A DNA stretch of 64,000 nucleotides from Candidatus Omnitrophota bacterium (lineage in GTDB: Bacteria > Omnitrophota > Gorgyraeia > Zapsychrales > Aceulaceae), in the NCBI GenBank assembly GCA_029564765.1, contig JAKQPK010000023.1, positions 87,084 through 151,083 of the forward strand, written 5' to 3'. Shown piece by piece: positions 14,351 through 23,337 of the stretch. Made by a program: the position numbers and the translations under genes. How positions within the stretch are numbered: the stretch's first letter is position 1; the number at the start of each line of letters is the position of its first letter. The notes under the pieces are model-generated. The model was given only the letters and a program-made list of their open reading frames with translations, was not told where the DNA came from and searched no databases.

Positions 14351-14390
14351 ATTTGGCTTTTGAGTTGTTTAGAGTTGGTTAGAGATCGTG

Positions 14391-14816
14391 TTATTTAACT
14401 TCAACGACAGCGCCAGCAGCGGTCAACTTTTTCTTTAAGTCTTCAGCTTCTTCCTTGGCAATTCCCTCTTTAACCGTCTTCGGAGCACCCTCAACCAAGT
14501 CCTTAGCTTCTTTTAGACCTAAGTTCGTTGCAGCTCTGACTTCCTTAATAACAGCGATCTTGTTCCCACCGGCTTCTTTCAAAACAACATCAAAAGTTGT
14601 TTTTTCTTCAGCTGGAGCAGCGGCTGCTCCACCGGCAGCGCCAGCCATCATGGGCATGCCCATCATGGGAGCTGCTGCGGTGATCCCAAACTTCTTCTCG
14701 AGACCTTTGACAAGGTCAGAAAGCTCAAGCGCAGTCAAGCCTTCAATGGTCTTGACCACCTCTTCGAGTTTCGGTGAGAGCTTTATTTCTTCTTTTTCTT
14801 GGACTGTTTCTGACAT
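14391..14816 (-). CDS. rplL: 50S ribosomal protein bL12 (L7/L12)
   Basis: Ala-rich hinge, [30 protein letters not shown]. Confidence 0.98.
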   Translation of the reverse strand: MSETVQEKEEIKLSPKLEEVVKTIEGLTALELSDLVKGLEKKFGITAAAPMMGMPMMAGAAGGAAAAPAEEKTTFDVVLKEAGGNKIAVIKEVRAATNLGLKEAKDLVEGAPKTVKEGIAKEEAEDLKKKLTAAGAVVEVK

Positions 14817-14881
14817 TTTACTTTCCTCCTGTTTCGATTCACATTGACTTCCACAAAAGTGGAATTTGAAGCATCTCAGAC

Positions 14882-15433
14882 TTAGCTAGACTTATCGCCA
14901 GATGAGCCTGAGGCTGATTTATCGCTTAACTGCTTTAAAATATATATTAAATCCCTCGTATTGGCATTTAAAGCATTGAGCAGCCTGGATAGCGGCGACT
15001 GGATACTCTGTGCCAACATCGTCAACAGCACATCACGGGAAGGAAGATCGGATAAGCGTTGGATATCATTCTGCGCGACGGTCTTGCCATCAAGAACTCC
15101 ACCTCTGATGTTAACGGCTTCGTTGGCTTTTGAGATCTTGACAAGGACTTTGGCGATCTCAACAGAGTCCTTGTCGCTCCAAACAAATGCGACTTGACTT
15201 TTCACGTCCCCGATAAGAGATGAAAACTTGATCTCTTCTAAGGCCTTTTTCGCTACGCGATTCTTAGAAACATATACTTTAGCGCCCACAGCGCTCAGAG
15301 CCTTGCGAACATCGCTCATCTTAGGAGACGACATTTTATCATAACTAAATAAAAAAGTCGTTCCGCGGTCCTTAACATTCTGACGGATCTTCTCCGAAAC
15401 GCTTTCGCGGATTAAACGTCCAACTTTCTTCAT
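14882..15433 (-). CDS. rplJ: 50S ribosomal protein uL10
   Basis: Position between rplA and rplL; V.KN motif, GG.LDG and LS.LPSR..L. Confidence 0.93.
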   Translation of the reverse strand: MKKVGRLIRESVSEKIRQNVKDRGTTFLFSYDKMSSPKMSDVRKALSAVGAKVYVSKNRVAKKALEEIKFSSLIGDVKSQVAFVWSDKDSVEIAKVLVKISKANEAVNIRGGVLDGKTVAQNDIQRLSDLPSRDVLLTMLAQSIQSPLSRLLNALNANTRDLIYILKQLSDKSASGSSGDKSS

Positions 15434-16110
15434 AGCGCAATCCTCAATCCTGGCCCCATGGTGGTCGACAATGAAAGGCTCTTAATAAAATCTACTTTAA
15501 CAGATGTTGGTTTTGCATGCTGGATCGCATCGATAACCTGTCGAGCGTTCGCTTCGATCTTATCTGCAGCAAAAGACCTCTTGCCGATACCAACATGGAT
15601 CCCACCTTGTTTATCTGCTTTGAATTCAACGCGTCCAGCCTTAACTTCCGTGATCGCTTTCTCAATATCATTGGTAACTGTACCCGCTTTTGGCGAAGGC
15701 ATCAGACCCTTAGGGCCCAAAACACGTCCAAGCTTGCTTAAGTCGCGCATAATATCTGGAGTCGCTATGACGCAATCAAAATCCATGAACCCATTCATCA
15801 CTTTCTCGATCAAATCCTCTGCGCCAACATGTTCCGCGCCCATTTCTTTCGCCTTCATCGCTTGCTCACCTTTGCAGAATGCGATAACGCGCACTTTCTT
15901 TCCAAGTCCATGCGGTAACAGCACCGTGCCTCGGATCGCTTGATCAGTCGCTTTAAGATCAACATTCAGATGAAAATGCAACTCAACAGTTTCGTCAAAT
16001 TTTGTCTTTGGAAAAGCAGAGATAGCCGCAATACCTTCCTGGAGTGAATACTGCTTTGCGGTATCAAGCTTTTCATAACCCTGCTTCATGCGTTTTGATA
16101 CTTTAGCCAT
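15430..16110 (-). CDS. rplA: 50S ribosomal protein uL1
   Basis: KFDETVE, LPHG.GK, LGPKGLMPSPKAGTV and TTMGPG motifs. Confidence 0.98.
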   Translation of the reverse strand: MAKVSKRMKQGYEKLDTAKQYSLQEGIAAISAFPKTKFDETVELHFHLNVDLKATDQAIRGTVLLPHGLGKKVRVIAFCKGEQAMKAKEMGAEHVGAEDLIEKVMNGFMDFDCVIATPDIMRDLSKLGRVLGPKGLMPSPKAGTVTNDIEKAITEVKAGRVEFKADKQGGIHVGIGKRSFAADKIEANARQVIDAIQHAKPTSVKVDFIKSLSLSTTMGPGLRIAL

Positions 16111-16535
16111 TATCCTGTCACCTCAATGCCCATGCTGCGGGCTGTCCCCTTAATCGTCTCAATCGCTTTTTGAGTATCGGCAGTATTTAAGTCTTCCATT
16201 TTCAATTTGACAATTTCTTCGATCTGCTTCATGGTCACGGTCCCGATCTTCTCTTTTCCCGCTTGCCCTGACGCCTTCGCTAAATTCGCTGCTTTCTTGA
16301 TCAACACGGAACTCGGTGGACTCTTAATAATAAAATCAAAAGATTTATCTTTATAAACCTTAATGATCGCTGGAAGAATAAGGCCTTCCTTGCCCTTGGT
16401 CTTCTCATTGAATTGCTTGCAGAACATCATAATGTTGATCCCATGCTGACCTAAGGCGGGACCAACGGGTGGCGCAGGATTCGCTTGCCCTGCGGGGACA
16501 TAAAGCTTGATTTGCGCGACGACTTCTTTTGCCAT
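16110..16535 (-). CDS. rplK: 50S ribosomal protein uL11
   Basis: [15 protein letters not shown] and GTARSMG motifs. Confidence 0.98.
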   Translation of the reverse strand: MAKEVVAQIKLYVPAGQANPAPPVGPALGQHGINIMMFCKQFNEKTKGKEGLILPAIIKVYKDKSFDFIIKSPPSSVLIKKAANLAKASGQAGKEKIGTVTMKQIEEIVKLKMEDLNTADTQKAIETIKGTARSMGIEVTG

Positions 16536-16536
16536 A

Positions 16537-17061
16537 TTAGACCTTCTCGACTTGCCAGTATTCTAGTTCTACGAGTGTTGAGCGTCCAAAGATCGAGACG
16601 CTTACCTTAAGCTTTCCTCTGTCTGGGTGGATCTCCATGACAGCTCCATTGAAATTTGCGAACGGTCCTTCAGTGATCTGAATTGCTTCTCCCACTTCAT
16701 AAACCGTTTTTGGGCTTGGCTTGGCACCTGTTTCTTCTGTCTTTTTCAAGATATTGTCTACTTCCTTGTCAGACAGTGGTGCCGGCTTATGGCCTGCCCC
16801 GATAAATCCTGCAATCCCGGGAGTTGTTTTGACCAAATACCAACTCTCGTTATTCATTTCCATTTTGATCAATAAATATCCAGGAAAAAATTTACGTGTC
16901 GAAATGCACTTTTTTCCTCGACGAACTTCTGATATCTGCTCTGTAGGGACAACGACTTCCCCGATATACTTCTTAAGTTCTGTTGTGGCCATGCGCTTTT
17001 CAAGGCCGACCTTGGCGCGCTCTTCACAACCAGTTTGAGTATGGACAACGTACCATTTCAT
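16537..17061 (-). CDS. nusG: Transcription factor NusG
   Basis: WYVVHT..G.E, FFPGY and [11 protein letters not shown]...IFGR motifs. Confidence 0.97.
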   Translation of the reverse strand: MKWYVVHTQTGCEERAKVGLEKRMATTELKKYIGEVVVPTEQISEVRRGKKCISTRKFFPGYLLIKMEMNNESWYLVKTTPGIAGFIGAGHKPAPLSDKEVDNILKKTEETGAKPSPKTVYEVGEAIQITEGPFANFNGAVMEIHPDRGKLKVSVSIFGRSTLVELEYWQVEKV

Positions 17062-17065
17062 AGTA

Positions 17066-17251
17066 TTATCGGATTATTAACCCCAATAGTCGTGAAAGTC
17101 CAAGATCAACAGCCCCGATGAAAAGCCCCAAGAAAAATGTTGTGCCGATGACGATCCATGTCGCATCATAAAGTTCCGCGCGTGTCGGCCAACTAACCTT
17201 CTTGAGCTCCACCACAACTTCTGATAAAAAATTCTGGATCTTTCCGAACAT
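17066..17251 (-). CDS. secE: Preprotein translocase SecE
   Basis: ELKKVSWP motif plus a single TM helix, upstream of nusG. Confidence 0.96.
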   Translation of the reverse strand: MFGKIQNFLSEVVVELKKVSWPTRAELYDATWIVIGTTFFLGLFIGAVDLGLSRLLGLIIR

Positions 17252-17266
17252 TGTTATTACCTTCTA

Positions 17267-17340
17267 CAGGCCTGGTAGGACTCGAACCTACAACACACGG
17301 TTTTGGAGACCGTCGCTCTACCAATTAGAGCTACAGGCCT
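17267..17340 (-). tRNA. tRNA-Trp(CCA); 3' CCA not encoded
   Basis: Cloverleaf: acceptor AGGCCTG/CAGGCCT, anticodon arm ACGGT-CTCCAAA-ACCGT, T arm GTAGG-TTCGAGT-CCTAC; canonical position before secE. Confidence 0.96.
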
Positions 17341-17351
17341 ATAAACTAAAA

Positions 17352-17504
17352 CTATTTCTTTGTTTCTTTGTGTTGAGTATGTCGACGACAAAAAGGACAG
17401 AACTTTTTAAGCTCGATCCGTTCAGGCTTTTTCTTTTTGTCTTTGGTGCTGCAATAGTTAATCCTATCGCACTCTTTGCATTGAAATTGAATATTTTCGC
17501 GCAT
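17352..17504 (-). CDS. rpmG: 50S ribosomal protein bL33, Zn-ribbon (C+) form, 50 aa
   Basis: Hand translation MRENIQFQCKECDRINYCSTKDKKKKPERIELKKFCPFCRRHTQHKETKK; below the ORF-track cutoff. Confidence 0.96.
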   Translation of the reverse strand: MRENIQFQCKECDRINYCSTKDKKKKPERIELKKFCPFCRRHTQHKETKK

Positions 17505-17524
17505 GTTAAGGTCTTTTCAGATTA

Positions 17525-17597
17525 AGCCCTCGACCGGAATTGAACCGGTGACCCCGTCCTTACCAAGGACGTGCTCTACCGACTGAGCTACAAGGGC
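17525..17597 (-). tRNA. tRNA-Thr(GGT); 3' CCA not encoded
   Basis: Cloverleaf: acceptor GCCCTTG/CGAGGGC, anticodon arm CGTCC-TTGGTAA-GGACG, T arm ACCGG-TTCAATT-CCGGT. Confidence 0.96.
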
Positions 17598-17613
17598 AAA
17601 CATATGAAGCAAG

Positions 17614-17642
17614 AGTATACTTTTCAAACACCTATTTGTCAA
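17614..17642 (-). promoter_or_regulatory. sigma70-type promoter for the tRNA-Thr/ribosomal protein/rpoBC superoperon
   Basis: TTGACA-17 nt-TATACT on the minus strand, AT-rich upstream, 16 nt before the tRNA. Confidence 0.85.
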
Positions 17643-17708
17643 GTATTTTATTTATCTTAGTTAAATAAAATATACTTACGACAAACTATTTCTATGACAA
17701 CGAAGGGA

Positions 17709-18881
17709 TCAGGTGAGTTTTAGGAAGCGTCGCTTACCGATTTTCAGAATACACGGCTTTGATGGGATCTCTATGCTAGTGACGACGGTCGTTCCATCGG
17801 TAACCGCCCCTTGGGCAATAAGAGCTCTGGCCTTATTCTTTGAATCGGCGAGTCCTTGACTTACTAAAACATCGACCAATGTCTTCGCCTCCCCCGTCGC
17901 GACACTGTATACAGGGATATCGTCCGGGGTTTCTCGACTAGAAAAAACTTTTTCAAACGCTTCACGTTCTTGACGTGCTTCTTGTAACGAATAAAATTGT
18001 CGAACAATATCTTCTGCAAGCCTTAATTTGGCTTCCTTTGGATGCAACGCCCGCGTCTGCGCTACGTCAAGATCGGTTAGTAATTCATAATATCGATACA
18101 TCAGTTGATCACTGATGGACATCACCTTGCCAAAGATCTCTTTTGCGGGTTCATCAATGCCGATATAATTACCCAGCGACTTGCTCATTTTATTAATGCC
18201 ATCGGTTCCCTCTAAAAGAGGCATCATGATGACAGCCTGAGGTTCCTGGGCAAGCGCCTCCTGTAATTGACGCCCCATCAGCAAATTAAATTTCTGATCT
18301 GAACCTCCCAGCTCAACATCTGCCCGCAAGTAAACAGAATCGTACGCTTGCAACAACGGATAAATAAATTCAAGGATGCTAATCTCTTTTTGGTCTTCAA
18401 AGCGTTTTTTAAAATCTGCGCGCGCGAGCATTTGTGCGACAGTGCAATGCGCTGAAAGCTCAAGCATGTCTTGTGCGGTTAGCTTCTTGAGCCAGCGGCT
18501 ATTAAAAACAACTTTTGTCTTGTTGCGATCAAGGATCTTAAAAACTTGTCGCTGGTAAGTCCGTGCATTCTTCGCGACCTGCTGAGGTGTCATGCGGATA
18601 CGCGCTTGATCGCGACCAGAAGGATCCCCGATCTGAGCGGTGAAATCCCCAATAATAAAAAAAACCGTATGTCCTAGATCTTGAAACTGGCGCAATTTAC
18701 GCAACAACACGACATGGCCTAAATGCAAATCAGGAGCCGTAGGATCGAAACCGGCTTTAACATGCAGGGATTTACGTTTTTTCTGAGCGTGCTCGATCTT
18801 CTTCCTGAGAATATCAACGCTAATGATTTCGGTTGTCCCGGAAGAGATCTTGTGAAGAATGGTATCGGCAGAATGTGTCAT
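17709..18881 (-). CDS. tyrS: Tyrosine--tRNA ligase
   Basis: GFDPTAPDLHLGH, GGSDQKFN, KMSKS and C-terminal S4-like domain; ATG at 18881 preferred over TTG at 18887. Confidence 0.97.
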   Translation of the reverse strand: MTHSADTILHKISSGTTEIISVDILRKKIEHAQKKRKSLHVKAGFDPTAPDLHLGHVVLLRKLRQFQDLGHTVFFIIGDFTAQIGDPSGRDQARIRMTPQQVAKNARTYQRQVFKILDRNKTKVVFNSRWLKKLTAQDMLELSAHCTVAQMLARADFKKRFEDQKEISILEFIYPLLQAYDSVYLRADVELGGSDQKFNLLMGRQLQEALAQEPQAVIMMPLLEGTDGINKMSKSLGNYIGIDEPAKEIFGKVMSISDQLMYRYYELLTDLDVAQTRALHPKEAKLRLAEDIVRQFYSLQEARQEREAFEKVFSSRETPDDIPVYSVATGEAKTLVDVLVSQGLADSKNKARALIAQGAVTDGTTVVTSIEIPSKPCILKIGKRRFLKLT

Positions 18882-18890
18882 AAGCAAATC

Positions 18891-18930
18891 CGCCTATCCC
18901 ATCGAAGATCATTCTTCGACGGAATAGGCG
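18891..18930 (-). other. 18-bp mRNA hairpin between rpsA and tyrS (stabiliser, attenuator or weak terminator)
   Basis: CGCCTATTCCGTCGAAGA-ATGA-TCTTCGATGGGATAGGCG is fully paired with two G-U pairs on the minus strand; only a weak U-tract follows. Confidence 0.7.
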
Positions 18931-18942
18931 CAATGATCATGA

Positions 18943-20523
18943 TTAATTTGCAACTGGATCTTCTGGATTTGAAACGTCGGTCTTGGCGCTCAGGCCGATC
19001 TTCATCTGGTCGACATCCACCTTGATAACCTTAACGGTGATCTTATCTCCAGCCTTCAAGGTTTCAACGCGCGACTTCTCGATCTCAGATGCATAGATCA
19101 AGCCCTCAAGCTCATCTTCGAGCTTGACAAAAACACCAAAATCAGTGTTAAGGACAACTTCAGCTTCCGCAACAAGGCCAATAGAATAACGCTTAGCGAT
19201 CTCTGGCCAGGGATTTTCTTTCAGCTGCTTATAGCCAAGGTTTATTTTGCGTTGCTCTGGATCGATCGCCAGAATAACAACGTCAACGCTCTGTCCCTTT
19301 TTGAAGATCTCCTGCGGATGATTAACCTTGCGGGTCCACGACATATCAGAAACGTGAATCATGCCTTCAATGCTTCCTTCGATCTCAACGAAAGCACCGT
19401 AATCAGTAAAGCCGCGCACCTTACCCGCGACCTTTGTCCCGATCGGAAATTTGCCTTCAACCTCCAACCATGGGTTCTTTTCAAGCTGTTTTAAACTTAA
19501 AGAGATGCGCTTGGTATCCTTATCAATGCTGATGATCTGTACCTCAGCCATATCCCCGATGGCGAACATTTCCTGAGGATTAACCATTTTCTTCTGCCAT
19601 GAAATTTCTGATGAGTGTAGCAACCCTTCAATTCCCTTATCGATCTCAATGAAAAGCCCGTAGGGCATGATATTGACGATCTTTCCTTTGATCTTGCTGC
19701 CGATCGGATATCTTTCTTCAACGCCTTCCCAAGGATTCGCGGTGATCTGCTTTAAGCCTAAGGAAACTTTTGAATTCTCACGATCAAAATCAAGGATCAT
19801 GATCTCGATCTTATCCCCAACAGCGACCAACTCAGAAGGATGATTAATACGGGACCAGCTCATATCCGTAATGTGCAAAAGTCCGTCGATGCCGCCCAGA
19901 TCAATAAATGCACCGAAATCCGTAATACCCTTGACGGTTCCCGTGCGACGCTGACCTTTTTCGATCTTCTCCCAAAGCTTTGTCTTAACCTCATCCCTCT
20001 CCTTTTGAATAACTTCCCTGCGAGAAAGGATAATGTTACGTCTTGGCTTGTTCATTTTGGTAATAAAGAACTTGTATTTTGTGCCTATCACATCCTTGAT
20101 CGCCATCCCCTTAAAAGCGGAAAGGGATCGAGGCAGGAACGCGTCTACGCCTTCGATATCAACGATATACCCGCCGTTCACTTGTTTGATGACCCGCCCG
20201 TCGATATAAGAACCTTCATCAAGTTGATCAGCGATCTTCTGCCAGCCTTGAAGCCGCTGGGCTTTCGTATAGGACAAGATCAGGCGTCCGCTCTCATCTT
20301 CAACAGACTCAACGAGAACTTCGACCCGATTACCAATCTTCACTTTTTCTGGATCACGAAACTCATCGACAGATATAAAACCTTCGGACTTATAGCCGAT
20401 ATCAACAATGATATCTTGCATGGTAATACCGATGATCTCACCCTCGACGATCTCTCCTTCCTTAAGATCGCGCATGGACTGCGCGTACAACTCAGCTAAT
20501 GAAACTTCTTCTTTGTTTGACAT
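18943..20523 (-). CDS. rpsA: 30S ribosomal protein bS1
   Basis: Six S1 repeats (DFGAFIDLGGIDGLLHITDMSW etc.). Confidence 0.97.
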   Translation of the reverse strand: MSNKEEVSLAELYAQSMRDLKEGEIVEGEIIGITMQDIIVDIGYKSEGFISVDEFRDPEKVKIGNRVEVLVESVEDESGRLILSYTKAQRLQGWQKIADQLDEGSYIDGRVIKQVNGGYIVDIEGVDAFLPRSLSAFKGMAIKDVIGTKYKFFITKMNKPRRNIILSRREVIQKERDEVKTKLWEKIEKGQRRTGTVKGITDFGAFIDLGGIDGLLHITDMSWSRINHPSELVAVGDKIEIMILDFDRENSKVSLGLKQITANPWEGVEERYPIGSKIKGKIVNIMPYGLFIEIDKGIEGLLHSSEISWQKKMVNPQEMFAIGDMAEVQIISIDKDTKRISLSLKQLEKNPWLEVEGKFPIGTKVAGKVRGFTDYGAFVEIEGSIEGMIHVSDMSWTRKVNHPQEIFKKGQSVDVVILAIDPEQRKINLGYKQLKENPWPEIAKRYSIGLVAEAEVVLNTDFGVFVKLEDELEGLIYASEIEKSRVETLKAGDKITVKVIKVDVDQMKIGLSAKTDVSNPEDPVAN

Positions 20524-20594
20524 TATTCTTTTCCTCTTTTCGATAGAATTCTTTTTCAGAAAGAAAATGGATTTCCTTTGCGAAAAAGTATTAG

Positions 20595-20623
20595 ATTATG
20601 TGCGAAAAGCTTTTATTTGTCAA
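20595..20623 (-). promoter_or_regulatory. sigma70-type promoter of rpsA
   Basis: TTGACA-17 nt-CATAAT, about 70 nt upstream of the rpsA ATG. Confidence 0.75.
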
Positions 20624-20666
20624 CTAAAATTTTAGCGGGGAAACCTTTTTAATATAAGGAAGGAGC

Positions 20667-21272
20667 TTACGTAGAAGGTTTGCTCTCGCTCGCCAATGCT
20701 TTCATGGCATCATAAACTCGCTGAGCGACCTCTTGGTAAGAGAGCTGACCGCTTATCTGAACAGGATTACCAAAAAAAACACTCACAGGGGCTCTTTGGA
20801 TGCCTTTGAATCCTTTTGGCATCGCTTTGTCAGACCCCATAATAAAGGCGGGAACAACAGGAACCTGCGCTTTGATGGCCAAAAAACCAACCCCCGCCTT
20901 CACCTCGGAAGTATCAAGGTCTTCTGACCTTCTGCCCCCTTGGGGGAACATCACGACACCCTGCTGCGCTTTAAGCCTTCTTAAGGCCTCCTTGATCCCC
21001 TGCATATCAAAAGCCCCTCGCTTAACAGGAAAAGCGCCAAATTGATAAAGAAAAAAATTAACGAACCAATTCTTGAAAAGAGATTTCTTCGCGACAAAAC
21101 TTAGACGCCGCCCTGAAGCAACACCGACAAGCATGGGATCCAGATTGCTTAAATGATTACAGGCGATGATATAACCGCCATGACGGGGGATCTTTTCTTG
21201 GCCACAAGCCTTCAGGGATAAATATAACTCATAAAATATCTTCTGAAGGTAAAAAGCGATCCAGTAAATCAT
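20667..21272 (-). CDS. plsC: 1-acyl-sn-glycerol-3-phosphate acyltransferase (PlsC family)
   Basis: NHLSNLD (HX4D), FVAK..LF, FP.G.R and VPVVP blocks. Confidence 0.85.
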   Translation of the reverse strand: MIYWIAFYLQKIFYELYLSLKACGQEKIPRHGGYIIACNHLSNLDPMLVGVASGRRLSFVAKKSLFKNWFVNFFLYQFGAFPVKRGAFDMQGIKEALRRLKAQQGVVMFPQGGRRSEDLDTSEVKAGVGFLAIKAQVPVVPAFIMGSDKAMPKGFKGIQRAPVSVFFGNPVQISGQLSYQEVAQRVYDAMKALASESKPST

Positions 21273-21274
21273 TT

Positions 21275-22756
21275 TTAGATCTTTTTAAGTATGGCCTTAG
21301 CGAACTCGATCAAGGCCTTCGCCTTTGACATGGATGTCGCTTCCACATAAGCGCGCACCAAAGGCTCTGTCCCTGAAGGCCTGAACATGACCCAATTTTC
21401 ATCCTCGCAAATGAGTTTCACGCCATCAAAGGTTTTTACATCAACTACTTTCTTGCCTAAAACACGACTGATCGATCTTAGCTTATCTAAGTCCACACTC
21501 TTTTTCGTTGTCGTGATCGCGGCTCGCTCGTAATAATAGCGGCCAAATTCTTTCTCCATATCCGCGATCAAACGCTTGATACTTTTCTTTTGATAGACCA
21601 TCATTTCCAGCAACAAAAGCCCCGCCAAAGTCCCATCCCTTTCCGGGATATAATTCTGAACCCCGATCCCTCCGGCCTCTTCTCCTCCAGCCAGAATATC
21701 CTCAGAGGTCATCAGATCCGAAATATATTTAAATCCAACGGGTGTTTCATAGAGCTTAAGGCCAAGCTTCGCGGTGATCTTATCAAGCATGGTCGTCCCG
21801 CAAATGGTTTTAACAACACCTCCTGTTTTTCCCTTATTGCGAACAAAATGTAAGATGATCAAAGCCAATATCTTCTGAGGATTAATATACTCCCCGTCAG
21901 AGGTAACGGCCGCGATACGGTCTGCGTCCCCGTCCAAGATCATGCCAAGATCAAATTTTTCTTTTTTCACGCGCGCCATGATGCCGCCGACATATTTTTC
22001 GATCGGCTCTGGCTTACCACCCTCAAAAGAAGGATTAATATCAGCACGCATGACTTCAGCGCGAATGTTCGTTCCTTCTAAAATGCGTAATGCCAATGAG
22101 TCACCACTGCCGTGCATCGCGTCAACCAAGACCTTGCAACGTGCTTTTTTAATGGCTTTCAGGTCAATATAGCTGCGGATGAACTGCACGTAGTCTTCCT
22201 TAAAATCAAAGATGGTCAGATCCTTCTTCGCTTTTGCTTGCTCAAAATCGGTCGTCTTAACATCTGTTGCGCACAAATATTCCTCCACAATATCCGTGAT
22301 CTCGCGCGAAGCAGCTCCTCCTTGCGCTGTTTTGATCTTCAAGCCATTAAATTGTCCCGGATTATGGCTGGCCGTGATCATGATACCCGCCACACATTGC
22401 TGGCGCGTTACGCCAAAGCTTAATGTCGGTGTTGGAATAGGCGCATCGGAAAGAAAAACTTCAATATCGTTAGCAGCCAAAACGCACGCAACGATCCTAG
22501 CGTACTCATCAGATAAAAATCGAGTATCATAACCTATGGCAACACGCCTGCGCAAACCCGCTGGCTTGCGCAAATCGCCGTTAACCCACTCACTGATCGC
22601 TTGCGCCAAGATCGCTACATTCTTGAACGTGAATTCTTTAGAGATGACAGCACGCCACCCGTCTGTTCCAAAACGGATCTCCTGCCTTGCTTCGGGGATG
22701 ACAACGCAATCTTTTTGTTTTTGCTTTGCCTTTGTCTTTACGATCTTACGTTTCAT
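21275..22756 (-). CDS. Phosphoglucomutase/phosphomannomutase family phosphohexomutase
   Basis: FGTDGWR, ITASHNP, DGDADR, GEEAGG and RPSGTEP motifs. Confidence 0.92.
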   Translation of the reverse strand: MKRKIVKTKAKQKQKDCVVIPEARQEIRFGTDGWRAVISKEFTFKNVAILAQAISEWVNGDLRKPAGLRRRVAIGYDTRFLSDEYARIVACVLAANDIEVFLSDAPIPTPTLSFGVTRQQCVAGIMITASHNPGQFNGLKIKTAQGGAASREITDIVEEYLCATDVKTTDFEQAKAKKDLTIFDFKEDYVQFIRSYIDLKAIKKARCKVLVDAMHGSGDSLALRILEGTNIRAEVMRADINPSFEGGKPEPIEKYVGGIMARVKKEKFDLGMILDGDADRIAAVTSDGEYINPQKILALIILHFVRNKGKTGGVVKTICGTTMLDKITAKLGLKLYETPVGFKYISDLMTSEDILAGGEEAGGIGVQNYIPERDGTLAGLLLLEMMVYQKKSIKRLIADMEKEFGRYYYERAAITTTKKSVDLDKLRSISRVLGKKVVDVKTFDGVKLICEDENWVMFRPSGTEPLVRAYVEATSMSKAKALIEFAKAILKKI

Positions 22757-23318
22757 AGATATGGTTCTCCTTTATGTAGTTTAACACAGGCTCTGGGACG
22801 AAATATCGAACCGTTCTCTGCTGGAATAGCCGCATTCGAACGTACGATGATGAAATATCAATACCCGGCATAATAACGCTATGGTGTTTGATGTCATGGC
22901 TCTTTTTAACACACCCCGGCCTGTTCACAACAATGAATTCCGCGATCTTGCGGATATCATCAATATACCGCCAACTGGGCAGCTGAGATAAAGTGTCGCC
23001 ACCAATAATGAAATATAGTTTAGCATCTACGTACTGCTGGCGCAAATGCTGCATCGTATCGATCGTGTACGATTTCCCTCTTTTCGCTATCTCAAAATCA
23101 GAGACCTCAAAGTCTTGATTTCCTTCAATGGCCAATCTGACCATATGATATCGATACTTCGCGCCGGCAACTGCGTGCGAATTTTTATGTGGTGGCATAT
23201 GAGCCGGCATAAAAATAACCTTTGTTAAATGCATCCGCTCCAGCGCCATTTGCGCGATCGCTAAATGACCAATGTGGATGGGGTTGAATGTCCCTCCTAA
23301 AACTCCGATGCGCTCCAT
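22746..23318 (-). CDS. nadD: Nicotinate-nucleotide adenylyltransferase
   Basis: GGTFNPIHIGH, SYTIDT and ISSS motifs; start moved to MERIG (ATG 23318). Confidence 0.95.
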   Translation of the reverse strand: MERIGVLGGTFNPIHIGHLAIAQMALERMHLTKVIFMPAHMPPHKNSHAVAGAKYRYHMVRLAIEGNQDFEVSDFEIAKRGKSYTIDTMQHLRQQYVDAKLYFIIGGDTLSQLPSWRYIDDIRKIAEFIVVNRPGCVKKSHDIKHHSVIMPGIDISSSYVRMRLFQQRTVRYFVPEPVLNYIKENHIYET

Positions 23319-23337
23319 ATATCTTTTATGCCTACCT

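Noticed and set aside
17267-17340. Alternative genetic code (TGA recoding)
   Set aside because: tRNA-Trp has a CCA anticodon, and conserved genes such as tyrS end properly at TGA with no internal stops.
20579-20609. Short direct repeat TGCGAAAA flanking the rpsA -10
   Set aside because: Only two 8-nt copies in AT-rich DNA; too weak to call an operator.
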